Origin: an uncultured Rikenellaceae bacterium
GTDB taxonomy: Bacteria > Bacteroidota > Bacteroidia > Bacteroidales > VadinHA17
NCBI GenBank assembly: GCA_964612275.1
Contig: CAZTES010000001.1
Location: forward strand, 22,633-86,632
Length of the DNA: 64,000 nt
Direction of reading: 5' to 3'
Position 1 is the first letter of the stretch. Each line of letters opens with the position of its first letter. Of this stretch, positions 37,207 to 47,030 are shown one piece after another. The position numbers and the translations under genes are program-made. The notes beneath the pieces were generated by a model that searched no databases, had not been told where the DNA came from, and was given only the letters and a program-made list of their open reading frames with translations.

Positions 37207-38181
37207 TTACCGCTCCCTGCTGGTGGTATAATTAACCAGTTCAGTCAGGGCTTCTTTTGCCTGGTTATCCGGAAACTGGCGGAGAATATCCAGGGCTCGA
37301 TCGCGGTATTCATTCATTTTTTGTACCGAATATTCAATCCCGCCATTGGCTTGAACAAATTGAATGATCTCTTTCACTTTCAATGAATTCCGATTGTGTC
37401 GCCTGATAAGGTTTAAAATTTTTCTCTTTTCGGAAGATTCGGAGTTTTCAAGGGAATGAATCAGGGGAAGGGTGATTTTCTTCTCTTTAATATCGTTGCC
37501 GGTTGGCTTACCCAATATACCGGTTTTTTGGTAATCGAACAGATCATCCTTGATTTGAAAGGCAATACCAACATTCTCACCAAAATCTTTCATTTTATCC
37601 ACTACCTCGCTATTCGCTCCAACGCTTTTAGATCCACAGGCAGAGCAGGCAGCGATCAGGGTAGCTGTCTTCTTGCGGATGATATCAAAATATTCACTTT
37701 CTGTGATGTTCAGTTTCCGGGATTTCTGGATTTGCAGTAACTCCCCTTCGCTCATTTCACGAACAGCTCCGGAAACAATCTCTAATAACTCAAATTCCTT
37801 CTTTTCAACGGCCAACAGCAGTCCTCTGGACAGCAGATAATCACCGATCAATACCGCTATTTTTGATTTCCAGAGTGCATTAATGGAAAAAAATCCCCTT
37901 CTTTCGAGGGAGTCATCCACCACGTCATCATGAATCAGGGTGGCCGTATGAAGCAGTTCAATCATGGTTGCTGCCGTGTAACTGGAATCACCAATCTCTC
38001 CATGAAGTTTGGCGGAAAGAAAAACAAACATGGGCCGCATTTGCTTTCCTTTTCTGCGGAGGATATAATTGGTTATTATGTTCAGCAGAGGGACAGCACT
38101 TTTCATGGAGGAATTAAAAAAAGCATTGAACTTTTTCATCTCCTCATGAATGGGCGCATGAATGGATGTGATGGGTGACAT
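37207..38181 (-). CDS. Polyprenyl diphosphate synthase (octaprenyl/long-chain type)
   Basis: First and second Asp-rich motifs LIHDDVVDDS and FQIKDDLFDY. Start placed at Met-65 of the track ORF (ATG at 38181); the upstream extension is a hydrophobic artefact crossing the divergent promoter. Confidence 0.85.
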   Translation of the reverse strand: MSPITSIHAPIHEEMKKFNAFFNSSMKSAVPLLNIITNYILRRKGKQMRPMFVFLSAKLHGEIGDSSYTAATMIELLHTATLIHDDVVDDSLERRGFFSINALWKSKIAVLIGDYLLSRGLLLAVEKKEFELLEIVSGAVREMSEGELLQIQKSRKLNITESEYFDIIRKKTATLIAACSACGSKSVGANSEVVDKMKDFGENVGIAFQIKDDLFDYQKTGILGKPTGNDIKEKKITLPLIHSLENSESSEKRKILNLIRRHNRNSLKVKEIIQFVQANGGIEYSVQKMNEYRDRALDILRQFPDNQAKEALTELVNYTTSRER

Positions 38182-38278
38182 GAAAATAGTAACAAGGGAA
38201 GCAAAGATAATAATTAATACCCATTCAAGAATATATCTAAATATGATAATTATCTGCTTTTTTAAAAGTATATATTTA

Positions 38279-38286
38279 TATATTTG
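38279..38286 (+). promoter_or_regulatory. Candidate -7 promoter box TATATTTG upstream of the ArsR-family gene
   Basis: TAnnTTTG match ~26 nt upstream of the ATG at 38312, in the divergent gap with the polyprenyl synthase gene. No clear -33 element. Confidence 0.3.
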
Positions 38287-38311
38287 TATGTTATCCTGTA
38301 AAATATAATTG

Positions 38312-38611
38312 ATGGAAATTATTAACCTTACTCCGGAGCAATTGGAAAAAGCAGCCACAATGCTTAAAGCCATTGCTCATCCAATGAGATTGGCCATTTT
38401 AAACTTCTTGGATGAGGGAAAGAAGTTTACGGTGACGGAAATCCATGAGTTGCTGAACATTGAACAATCCACTACCTCACATCACCTGGGTATCTTAAAA
38501 GATAAGGGTGTGCTCTCATCCAAGCGGGATGGTAAAAACACCTATTACTTTCTGAAGCACAATACTTTAAGACAGATTGTTGAGTGTGTCAGCGAATGTT
38601 GTGATCATTGA
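38312..38611 (+). CDS. ArsR/SmtB-family metalloregulatory-type transcriptional repressor
   Basis: LKAIAHPMRLAILNFLDEGKKFTVTEIHELLNIEQSTTSHHLGILKDKGVL is a classic ArsR wHTH. There is a C-terminal Cys cluster (ECVSECCDH). Confidence 0.85.
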   Translation: MEIINLTPEQLEKAATMLKAIAHPMRLAILNFLDEGKKFTVTEIHELLNIEQSTTSHHLGILKDKGVLSSKRDGKNTYYFLKHNTLRQIVECVSECCDH

Positions 38612-38725
38612 TCGGCAGCACCGTTGCTTCCCTTACCGGACAGCACCCGTTAATGCAAAGGAACGGATCACAACCGCAATAGACGTGGTTTTTTCTGTTA
38701 TAACCCCGGCTTACTGGTACGGGAC

Positions 38726-38739
38726 TGTCAATATTGACA
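38726..38739. promoter_or_regulatory. Perfect 14-bp palindrome TGTCAATATTGACA between the ArsR-family gene and queD
   Basis: Read directly and self-complementary. Its 3' end lies 73 nt upstream of the queD ATG (38813). Confidence 0.3.
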
Positions 38740-38812
38740 ATTTGATGTTATCTTTGTTCCTGAAGGGAGGAATTGGGTGTGCTGAAGATCGTGGCATCCA
38801 ACACATAAAATC

Positions 38813-39262
38813 ATGGCAAAAATACGCGTTACCAAACAATTTACATTTGAAATGGCCCATGCTTTATGGAATTATGATGGACCCTGTAAAAATGTTCATG
38901 GACATTCCTATAAGTTGTATGTAACCGTAACCGGGACACCCATTGATGATCGGAAGAACAGGAAAAACGGCATGGTCATAGACTTTGGTGATCTGAAGAA
39001 GATTGTCGAGGAGGAGATCATTAATCGGTTCGATCATTCCGTGGTGATTTGCCGTGATGCTCCGCACCACATGCTCAAAAACATCGAACAGATGTTTGAG
39101 AAATATGATGTTATGGATTGTCAACCCACCTGTGAGAACCTGGTACTGCATTTCGCAGGGAGACTGAAAAAAAGACTCACGAAACACATTGTGCTCTATC
39201 GCATTCGGTTAGACGAAACAGCCACCTCTTTTGCAGAATGGTATGCCGAGGATAACGAATAA
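38813..39262 (+). CDS. queD: 6-carboxy-5,6,7,8-tetrahydropterin synthase (QueD / PTPS family)
   Basis: FEMAHALWNYDGPCKNVHGHSYKLYVTV contains the Cys and H-x-H zinc/catalytic motif. Length 149 aa. Confidence 0.85.
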   Translation: MAKIRVTKQFTFEMAHALWNYDGPCKNVHGHSYKLYVTVTGTPIDDRKNRKNGMVIDFGDLKKIVEEEIINRFDHSVVICRDAPHHMLKNIEQMFEKYDVMDCQPTCENLVLHFAGRLKKRLTKHIVLYRIRLDETATSFAEWYAEDNE

Positions 39263-39302
39263 ATCTAACACCAGCGCAAAGGGCTAGAGACTCTCTGGAA
39301 GC

Positions 39303-42095
39303 ATGAAGAAAACAGAAGAAGAAAATCAGAAGCGGTTATTTTTATTGGATGCATATGCGTTGATCTTCAGGGCCTATTATGCATTCATTAAAAATCCGAG
39401 ATACAACTCCAGGGGGCTGAATACCTCAGCCATTCTGGGATTTGTCAACACACTGGATGAACTGTTGCAGAAGGAAAAACCATCACACATTGCGGTTGTG
39501 TTTGACCCTCCCTACCCCAATTTCAGACACAAACTGTACAAGGAGTACAAGGCGAATCGTGAAGCCACACCGGAAGATATTAAGAAATCGGTCCCGCTGA
39601 TCAAGGAGTTGATAGAAGGATTCCGGATACCGGTCATTGAAACACCCGGTTTTGAAGCGGATGATGTCATTGGAACGCTTGCAAAAAAAGCGGAAAAAAG
39701 GGGCTATTCCACGTTTATGGTTACACCGGACAAAGATTTTGCACAACTGGTTACAGACCGCACTGTCATGTATAAGCCAAGAAAAGGAGGAGGGGATGCA
39801 GAGGTCTGGGGACCTCAACAGGTCAGGGAAAAATTCCACGTGGAAGATCCGGAACAGGTCATTGATATACTGGCGCTCTGGGGTGACTCGGCTGACAATA
39901 TCCCGGGAGCTCCCGGTGTTGGAGAAAAGACATCTCAGAAATTGATTCATGAATTCGGTTCCCTGGCTGAACTGTTGAAAAAAACAGACAAGTTGCAAGG
40001 AAAACTCAAGGAGAACATTGAGAATAACAAGGAACAAATAGAGCTCTCAAAACAACTTGCTACGATTTCTCTGGATGTTCCGGTTGATTTTGACGAAACA
40101 AAATTTCGGACACAGGAGCCTGACAAAAAACGGTTAAAGGAGTTGTTCGATATCCTGGAGTTTAAAACGATCGCCAGGAGAATACTGGATGAGGACAGCA
40201 GAGAGGAGACAGTGAAGAAACCGTTTCAACCCTCTTTATTTGAGGGGGGAGAGAAAATGGTGGCCGCATCCGGTTCTTCTGATAATAACCTTACCAGCGT
40301 CTCTCATCGCTATGCCATTGCGAATACCATTAAGCTGGTGGAAGAGGTTGTGCACGAGATAAGCAGGAAGAAGGAGTTTTGTTTTGACACCGAAACAACC
40401 GGACTGGATATCCTGAATGCTGAGTTGGTAGGCATTGCTTTCTCCGCAAAAGAGCATGAGGCAAGCTATATCCCGATACCGGCCGATGAAGGGCAGGCAA
40501 CCCGTTTTCTCGAAAAATTGAAACCACTATTTGAAAATCCCGGGATTAGAAAAATTGGACAAAATGTAAAATACGATATTCAAATCCTGAAAAATTATGG
40601 GATCAATGTGAAGGGCGAACTGTTTGATACCATGTTGGCTCATTATCTGATCCAACCGGAACAACGACACAAACTGAGCTATCTGTCTGAATCCTATCTC
40701 AAGTACACGCCCGTGGAAATTGAACAATTAATCGGCTCCAAAGAAAAAACACAGGTTAGTATGAGATCGGTGCCGGTTGAAACGGTTGCTGAATACGCTG
40801 GCGAGGATGCAGATATTACCTGGCAACTCAAGAAAATCTTCTCACAGGAGTTAGCAGACCATGATCTCCAGGAACTGGCAGAGGACGTTGAAATGCCGCT
40901 GGTTTATGTTCTGGCTGCTATGGAAAGAAACGGCGTCCGTCTGGATAAAGAAGTTTTAGCCCAGTATGCCATACTGTTGCGAAATGAAATCGCATCCCTG
41001 AAGAAGGAGATTTATAAACTGGCAGGCGTTGAATTCAATATTGCCTCACCGAAACAACTTGGAGAAATATTATTTGAGCGGCTGAAAATAACGGAAAACC
41101 CGAAAAAAACGAAAACAAAGCAATACTCAACCAGCGAGAATATCCTTTCGCGATTGAACGATAAACACCCGATCGTACCTAAAGTGCTGGAATACCGGTC
41201 TATGAAGAAACTATTATCGACCTACGTGGAGGTGCTGCCCGGATTAGTGCATGCGAAGACAGGAAAAATTCACACCTCATTCAACCAGGCTGTTGCTGCA
41301 ACCGGACGACTAAGTTCCAATAATCCAAATCTTCAGAATATTCCTATCAGGGAAGAGAGAGGACGCGAGATCAGGAAGGCATTCATCCCTTCGGACAAAG
41401 ACCATCTATTGTTTTCAGCCGATTATTCTCAGATCGAGTTACGACTCATGGCTCACATGAGCGGAGATAAGAATATGATTGAGGCGTTTGTGTCAAATGA
41501 AGATATTCACAGAGCAACAGCAGCAAAAATCCATGGTGTTCCCATCGAACAGGTAAGTCAGAAGATGAGAAATCAGGCCAAAACAGCAAATTTTGGCATT
41601 ATATACGGTATCTCCTCTTTCGGATTGTCACAACGATTGAATATTTCCCGAAAAGAGGCCAATGAGTTAATCCAGGAATATTTTAATAACTATCCCGATG
41701 TAAAAAGCTATATGATCCATAGCATTGTGCAGGCAAGGGAAACCGGTTATGTCAAAACCATTATGGGACGGAGAAGGTATTTGCCGGATATTCAATCCAG
41801 GAATTCGGTGGTACGGGGGATGGCCGAAAGAAATGCCATTAATGCCCCAATCCAGGGCTCTGCTGCAGATATCATCAAGCTGGCCATGATACGGATTCAT
41901 CAGCAAATAAAACAAAATAAACTCCAGTCAAAAATGATTCTTCAGGTTCATGATGAATTGATCTTTGATGTGTATCGTCCTGAATTGGAGAAAATTAAGA
42001 AGATTGTTTTGAGCAACATGGAAAATGCAGTGGAACTGAAAGTACCCCTCACGGCGGATTGGGGAACGGGAGAAAACTGGTTGGAGGCACATTAA
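39303..42095 (+). CDS. polA: DNA polymerase I
   Basis: 5'-3' exonuclease N-terminus (LFLLDAYALIFRAYYAF), 3'-5' exonuclease region (FCFDTETTGLD), and polymerase motifs A (LFSADYSQIELRLMAH), B (RNQAKTANFGIIYG) and C (LQVHDELIF). Confidence 0.97.
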   Translation: MKKTEEENQKRLFLLDAYALIFRAYYAFIKNPRYNSRGLNTSAILGFVNTLDELLQKEKPSHIAVVFDPPYPNFRHKLYKEYKANREATPEDIKKSVPLIKELIEGFRIPVIETPGFEADDVIGTLAKKAEKRGYSTFMVTPDKDFAQLVTDRTVMYKPRKGGGDAEVWGPQQVREKFHVEDPEQVIDILALWGDSADNIPGAPGVGEKTSQKLIHEFGSLAELLKKTDKLQGKLKENIENNKEQIELSKQLATISLDVPVDFDETKFRTQEPDKKRLKELFDILEFKTIARRILDEDSREETVKKPFQPSLFEGGEKMVAASGSSDNNLTSVSHRYAIANTIKLVEEVVHEISRKKEFCFDTETTGLDILNAELVGIAFSAKEHEASYIPIPADEGQATRFLEKLKPLFENPGIRKIGQNVKYDIQILKNYGINVKGELFDTMLAHYLIQPEQRHKLSYLSESYLKYTPVEIEQLIGSKEKTQVSMRSVPVETVAEYAGEDADITWQLKKIFSQELADHDLQELAEDVEMPLVYVLAAMERNGVRLDKEVLAQYAILLRNEIASLKKEIYKLAGVEFNIASPKQLGEILFERLKITENPKKTKTKQYSTSENILSRLNDKHPIVPKVLEYRSMKKLLSTYVEVLPGLVHAKTGKIHTSFNQAVAATGRLSSNNPNLQNIPIREERGREIRKAFIPSDKDHLLFSADYSQIELRLMAHMSGDKNMIEAFVSNEDIHRATAAKIHGVPIEQVSQKMRNQAKTANFGIIYGISSFGLSQRLNISRKEANELIQEYFNNYPDVKSYMIHSIVQARETGYVKTIMGRRRYLPDIQSRNSVVRGMAERNAINAPIQGSAADIIKLAMIRIHQQIKQNKLQSKMILQVHDELIFDVYRPELEKIKKIVLSNMENAVELKVPLTADWGTGENWLEAH

Positions 42096-42292
42096 TCCTC
42101 AAAGCCATTTTAAAGGTATATGAGGCACGATAACGATGGGGGCAGACTAACCCCCGGAGACGGCAGATCGTTCAAGAAAACGCAGAATATGGCTTTTACG
42201 GCGGGAAAATGGCATGGGTTCTCTATCAAATTGAAACCCTTAAACCACGAAAGTGATGCAGATAAGTTGTATCATTTCCCAAACGTTTCATC

Positions 42293-42526
42293 ATGAAAAT
42301 CACGGTGCTGTTTTTTGGAGTATTGACTGATATTGTTGCCAGCAACAGGCTTGATATGCAGGATGTAAAAAATGTGGAGGACCTGAAAAGGCAATTGATC
42401 GAAAAGCATCCGGAGTTGCAGGGGTATGTTTACCGGCTGTTTGTGAACAATGAATTGATTGCAGGAAACAAATCCCTGAACGACGGAGATGAAGTAGCCA
42501 TGGTACCTCCCTTTGTCGGAGGATAG
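42293..42526 (+). CDS. MoaD/ThiS-family ubiquitin-like sulfur-carrier protein
   Basis: 77 aa, with N-terminal MKITVLFFGVL and C-terminal ...EVAMVPPFVGG ending in Gly-Gly. Confidence 0.7.
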   Translation: MKITVLFFGVLTDIVASNRLDMQDVKNVEDLKRQLIEKHPELQGYVYRLFVNNELIAGNKSLNDGDEVAMVPPFVGG

Positions 42527-42539
42527 ACTGGGAAAGGAT

Positions 42540-44237
42540 CTATTGTGCTTCAGCAACGATCCGGGAAGAAGTGACCCGCAATATCGAATTATAGTAATCC
42601 CGGTCCGTTAGCACCTCCGAGGCACGAACGAGTTGCTCGTCCTGTGAGAGAGAAGCATGAATCTTGCCACCCTGGTAGTAATAACGACCGACGATCTCTT
42701 CTTTCAGCAGTTCCACGATCTCATCCCGGAATGTTTCAAGGTCTTTGTATTTATCGTGGGTTAGTTTTTCCTGTAACAGGCGAAATTCCTCTCTTGACTG
42801 ATCGAAATATTTCTCTTTTTTCGCCATTTCTTCAAGCCTTTTCAGGGTATTTTCAGTTTGGGTGTTGTAGTCAAATTCCCTGCTGTCGATAAACCGGATA
42901 AAATCTGCATACTGGTCATCAGAAATGGAAAAGTGATCGGGAGGTGCTATGGAGTCGTGTTGAATAGCAAAGCGTGTTGCGAAATCGAACATCAGAAAAC
43001 GGGAATAGAGTTCAACGGTTATTTGACTTACTGTTTCCGGTTTGATTTGAATATCGGGCACAACACCTCCGCCATCGTATACCGGTCTTCCATGTTTCGT
43101 TTTGTATTCCGTAATCATGGAGTCGGGGATGTTGCCCACACTGCCATCTTCATTCCGGTTGGAATAGTCGAGCGCCTGAATGCATCTTCCGCTGGGAATA
43201 TAATATTTTGCTGTAGTAACTTTCAGCTGGCTGTTGTAACTTAAGGGTCTTGTGGTTTGCACCAGTCCTTTACCGAAGGTTTTCTCTCCGACAATAATTC
43301 CACGGTCGAGGTCCTGTATAGCTCCTGCCACAATTTCAGACGAAGAAGCCGAACTCCGATTCACCAGAACGGCGATAGGAATAACGGTATCGATAGCTGT
43401 TTCTGTGGTGTAGTAACGGTGATCAAATTCCGTTACTTTGCCGCGGGTGCTGACAATTTCATTTCCTTCTGGGATAAACAGATTTGCGACAGTAACGGCT
43501 TCCAGCAGTAATCCTCCCGGATTCCCCCTTAAATCAAGAACCAGACCGTTCAAATCGTGGTTGTTTTTCAGGGAAAGCAATGCATTTTTTACCTCTGTGC
43601 CAGCACCCATGGTAAAGTTGCTAAGACGGATATATCCGATATCCTCATCCAGCATACCATAATAGGGAACACTTTTTATCTGGATCTTTTTACGAACCAG
43701 TGTTTTTACGATGGGTTGATCCATTCCGGGGCTTTGAACCGTAATCTCCAGTTGGGTTCCGGGAAGGCCTTTTAGCAGATCACTGATTTTGGAAACATCA
43801 AGCCCGCGGGTTGATTTCCCGTCCACCGCAATGATCAGATCCCCTGCTTTTAGATTGGCTCGGTCGGCTGGGAAGTTTTGATACACTTCGGAAATGACTG
43901 CATACTCCCCACTGCTTCTGATCAGAGAACCTATACCGCCATATTCACCGGTTGTCAGTAATTGCAAATCTTCCAGTTCTGATTCCGGAATATACACCGT
44001 ATAGGGATCCAGGGTCTTCAACATCTCATCAATGCTGGTTGTGATCAATTTTTCCGGATCCGTTTCATCGACATAATATAAATTAAGTTCCCGGAACAGA
44101 GAGGTATATATTTCAATATTTTTTACCAGTTTAAAATCAGTACTTTCTGAAAAGGCAAGAATGAACAGCGAAATGAAGATCAACACACCCGCCGTGAGGG
44201 TTATTCTTCGTTTTTTTAAGAATTCAACAGTTTTCAT
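42540..44237 (-). CDS. S41-family carboxy-terminal processing (tail-specific) peptidase
   Basis: PDZ segment (GEYGGIGSLI), Ser nucleophile context (NRSSASSSEIVAGA) and Lys context (GEKTFGKGLVQ). Start set at the Met giving a signal-anchor N-terminus (MKTVEFLKKRRITLTAGVLIF...); the track ORF extends to 44372. Confidence 0.9.
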   Translation of the reverse strand: MKTVEFLKKRRITLTAGVLIFISLFILAFSESTDFKLVKNIEIYTSLFRELNLYYVDETDPEKLITTSIDEMLKTLDPYTVYIPESELEDLQLLTTGEYGGIGSLIRSSGEYAVISEVYQNFPADRANLKAGDLIIAVDGKSTRGLDVSKISDLLKGLPGTQLEITVQSPGMDQPIVKTLVRKKIQIKSVPYYGMLDEDIGYIRLSNFTMGAGTEVKNALLSLKNNHDLNGLVLDLRGNPGGLLLEAVTVANLFIPEGNEIVSTRGKVTEFDHRYYTTETAIDTVIPIAVLVNRSSASSSEIVAGAIQDLDRGIIVGEKTFGKGLVQTTRPLSYNSQLKVTTAKYYIPSGRCIQALDYSNRNEDGSVGNIPDSMITEYKTKHGRPVYDGGGVVPDIQIKPETVSQITVELYSRFLMFDFATRFAIQHDSIAPPDHFSISDDQYADFIRFIDSREFDYNTQTENTLKRLEEMAKKEKYFDQSREEFRLLQEKLTHDKYKDLETFRDEIVELLKEEIVGRYYYQGGKIHASLSQDEQLVRASEVLTDRDYYNSILRVTSSRIVAEAQ

Positions 44238-44343
44238 ATGCATACATTTTTCTGCAATCATCCGATAATTATTTGGAAACGCAAAGATAAACAATCCGCC
44301 GTGATAACGACTACTGATTGTGTTCCAAAAAAGGAAAAAACGA

Positions 44344-44565
44344 TCAGGGTACGGGATCGCTTCCATGTCCACCCCAGGGGTGACACCGCAGGATCCGTTT
44401 CAGGCAGAGCCATCCTCCCTTGAAGGGACCGTGTTTCCCGATAGCCTCAATGCAGTAATTGGAACAGGTTGGTGTAAACCGGCAGGTAGCCGGGAATAAC
44501 GGCGATATCAGGTACTGGTAAACTTTTACCAGACCAATCAGCATGAGGCTAAGCGGATTTCTCAT
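44344..44565 (-). CDS. yidD: Membrane protein insertion efficiency factor YidD
   Basis: [50 protein letters not shown] is the canonical YidD sequence pattern. Confidence 0.9.
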   Translation of the reverse strand: MRNPLSLMLIGLVKVYQYLISPLFPATCRFTPTCSNYCIEAIGKHGPFKGGWLCLKRILRCHPWGGHGSDPVP

Positions 44566-44938
44566 GGTGAGAGATTAGCTGCTGCAAGGCAATGACTATT
44601 TTTTTCTCAATCATGGAATAGGAAAGCACCTCATCTGAGATGTAAACAAGCAGAACTGAAAGCTTTCTTTCTTTATCAGCAAGGGGTTCCAACAACTCCT
44701 TGTGCTGACGGTAGGCTTCTCTGATCCTTCGCTTGATCTGGTTACGAACGACCGCCTTTTTAAACCGTTTTTTGGATACGGAGAAGGCAACCTGAACCGG
44801 CGATTGATTCTTTTCTGATTCAGACAACCAATAGACCCGGAAGGGAAAGGTTGTATAAGATTTTCCTGATTCCAGCAGTTGGTCAATCTTTCTCTGACTG
44901 GTTAAACGCTCTGCCTTTTTGAAGGTGAACTTTTTCAT
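44549..44938 (-). CDS. rnpA: Ribonuclease P protein component
   Basis: Basic 129-aa protein with [26 protein letters not shown] (RNR-like motif). It lies immediately upstream of yidD, as is usual. Confidence 0.85.
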   Translation of the reverse strand: MKKFTFKKAERLTSQRKIDQLLESGKSYTTFPFRVYWLSESEKNQSPVQVAFSVSKKRFKKAVVRNQIKRRIREAYRQHKELLEPLADKERKLSVLLVYISDEVLSYSMIEKKIVIALQQLISHHEKSA

Positions 44939-44983
44939 CTATCAGAACATTTCAACCGGTACGATAAAACAGGGTGAAGTGAA

Positions 44984-45736
44984 TTATTTACAATTTTTGT
45001 TATGCTCTTTAATATACTGTTCCAGGGCCATGGTCATACTGGGAGCTTCAGGGTTGGGTGCTTCTATATCAAGCCGTAATCCGGCATCGCAAACAGCTTT
45101 CGTTGTGGTTGGCCCAAACGCTGCAATTTTTGTGTTGTTCTGCTTAAACTCAGGAAAGTTTTGCAGCAGGGATTTTATCCCGGAGGGACTGAAAAAGACC
45201 AGGACATCATAATTGACATTGGAAAGATCGGAAAGATCACTGCAAACCGTTTTATACAAAATGGCAATGGAAAACAGGATCTTATGCTTGGTTAACAAAT
45301 CAGGAATTTCCGGCTTGTGCTGATCCGAGAGCGGAACAAAGAACTTTTCATCCTTATGCTTAAGAATCAGGTCGATTAATCCGGTAAAATTATTGTGTCC
45401 GTAAAAAATTTTTCTCTTTCGGTAGACAATGTATTTTTGGAGGTAGAATGCAATCGATTCTGAAACACAGAAGTATTTCATTGAATCGGGTATGGTTAAA
45501 CGCATCTCTTCACTGATCCGGAAGAAATGGTCTATTGCCTTTTTGCTGGTGAAAATAACAGCAGAATGACTTAGAATATCAGTGCGTGTTTGCCTAAAAT
45601 CCTTTACCGAAACCCCCTCAACATGAATAAATGGCCTGAAATCAATTTTCAGGTTGTTCTGCCTGGCTAAATCGAAGTAGGGGGATTTTTCATTCTCTGG
45701 TTCAGGTTGAGAAACAAGTATCTTTTTGATTTTCAA
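44984..45736 (-). CDS. hemD: Uroporphyrinogen-III synthase
   Basis: 250 aa with a two-lobed HemD pattern (KILVSQPEPENEKSPYFDLA..., VIFTSKKAIDHFF, LVFFSPSGIKSLL). Confidence 0.8.
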   Translation of the reverse strand: MKIKKILVSQPEPENEKSPYFDLARQNNLKIDFRPFIHVEGVSVKDFRQTRTDILSHSAVIFTSKKAIDHFFRISEEMRLTIPDSMKYFCVSESIAFYLQKYIVYRKRKIFYGHNNFTGLIDLILKHKDEKFFVPLSDQHKPEIPDLLTKHKILFSIAILYKTVCSDLSDLSNVNYDVLVFFSPSGIKSLLQNFPEFKQNNTKIAAFGPTTTKAVCDAGLRLDIEAPNPEAPSMTMALEQYIKEHNKNCK

Positions 45737-45783
45737 AACGCAAAATTTTAATTTTACTATCTCTATATCAAAAACTTACAATA

Positions 45784-46944
45784 CTATACCAATAATGCAG
45801 ATATCTTGAAAAATAGAAGTATTGGCAAAAATTCCAGGGCACAAAGGTATAAAAACCAATATAATATTGAAACTCCTTCTCTGATAAAAATTTGAAAACC
45901 CCGAAATAACTGGAGGATATAAGTTAAAAAAACCAGGACCATTCCGGCATAAAGAAAGAAGGGCAATACGGCATCGGATATATACACCATACCAAGAGCA
46001 ACCGGGAACAGAGCGAGACCGAGGTTCCGATTGAAAAGAAAAATCGTGTGGGTGTATTCGGCAAATGTTTTTTGGGTTAGTGAAATGGCTCCGACAAGGT
46101 ATAAGAGGATCGATTTTATTGCGTAGAGTGCAATGATGAGAGAGGTCAGAACAACATATGCCGTGAAACCCTCCAACCGGCCGATGCCGAAATCCAGATA
46201 GGTACCCGCAAGATAGAGATAGAGCCCTGCATTCAGGTAAAAAATTATGTTCAAACCCAGTGCAACACGGGATGAAACGCTGCTTCGGTCACGGAAAAGA
46301 TTATAGGAAACATGCTGGTTAATTAATGCCACGAATGTGGGGGAAAGAAATTTATTATAAAACAGACGGATCCAGGCAAGCACGAGAAATGAGATAAGGA
46401 AAACCCCGAGAAACCAATCTTGGGAAAGAACCATTTTTTCTTTTTCAGCAAATCCCTTTTCAGCTTCCTTTTGTAACCATACCGTTCTTTCTCGTGTTGT
46501 TTCTGTATCCCTTATTTCCCTTTGATCCTCGATAAATACCGGTTCACTTTCTTCCTCATCCCGATAGGAATAACGGGGCAGGTTCAACGCAAGTTCAGGC
46601 AGGGGCAAATGGGAGAGGGAATCCACGGATAATATGACATGGTTTGAATCAAGCAAAACCATCTCTTCTGGCTCAACCTCCTGAAGGATACGAAAAGAAG
46701 GTGCGCGCTGTTGTCGGGAAATAGAATCGAGGGTGTCCTGATGACGGTTGCTCCGTTTGAAAAGGGATTGAATATCCTCCGGTGAGAATTGCCGGATTGA
46801 GGATGAATCGATCGCATTTTGGGTAGAATCCTGATCCGGGTTCATGGTGGTGCTGTCCTGGGATACACCGGGTGGAATGGTATCCTGCAGGCTTCTTTGC
46901 CATGTCGGATCTGGATTGGGTTGGTGCTGTTTCTGGTCGTTCAC
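45784..46944 (-). CDS. DUF4271-like polytopic membrane protein with long low-complexity N-terminal region
   Basis: The C-terminal ~210 aa contain 6-7 TM helices (WFLGVFLISFLVLAWIRLFYNKF...). The N-terminal ~170 aa are Q/S/D/E/P-rich. The exact start is uncertain. Confidence 0.6.
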   Translation of the reverse strand: MNDQKQHQPNPDPTWQRSLQDTIPPGVSQDSTTMNPDQDSTQNAIDSSSIRQFSPEDIQSLFKRSNRHQDTLDSISRQQRAPSFRILQEVEPEEMVLLDSNHVILSVDSLSHLPLPELALNLPRYSYRDEEESEPVFIEDQREIRDTETTRERTVWLQKEAEKGFAEKEKMVLSQDWFLGVFLISFLVLAWIRLFYNKFLSPTFVALINQHVSYNLFRDRSSVSSRVALGLNIIFYLNAGLYLYLAGTYLDFGIGRLEGFTAYVVLTSLIIALYAIKSILLYLVGAISLTQKTFAEYTHTIFLFNRNLGLALFPVALGMVYISDAVLPFFLYAGMVLVFLTYILQLFRGFQIFIREGVSILYWFLYLCALEFLPILLFFKISALLV

Positions 46945-47030
46945 CGGCAGCGATTTCTCAGATAAAATATGCGCAAAGATATATCAATTCGCTGAGAATA
47001 TTCCTTCACGCTCTTGTATGCCATTTGGGA

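Noticed and set aside
38182-38373. N-terminal extensions offered by the ORF track for the polyprenyl synthase (also rpiB to 15480, S41 peptidase to 44372, cyclophilin to 23002)
   Set aside because: The extensions are hydrophobic or low-complexity, run into divergent promoter regions or neighbouring genes, and internal Met codons give canonical family N-termini.
38612-38812. preQ1 riboswitch upstream of queD
   Set aside because: I could not find the compact hairpin plus A-rich tail characteristic of preQ1 aptamers. Only short stems (CCGTT/AACGG) of uncertain meaning are present.
38577-38924. 115-aa + strand ORF bridging the ArsR-family gene and queD
   Set aside because: It overlaps the ends of both neighbouring genes in another frame and has no recognisable features. 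The region is better explained as the queD promoter or operator.
39483-40037. 184-aa minus-strand ORF inside polA. Similar antisense ORFs lie at 31976-32443, 33074-33478, 34693-35145, 57076-57606, 60054-60503 and 61995-62444.
   Set aside because: All lie within strongly supported genes on the other strand and show no family features.
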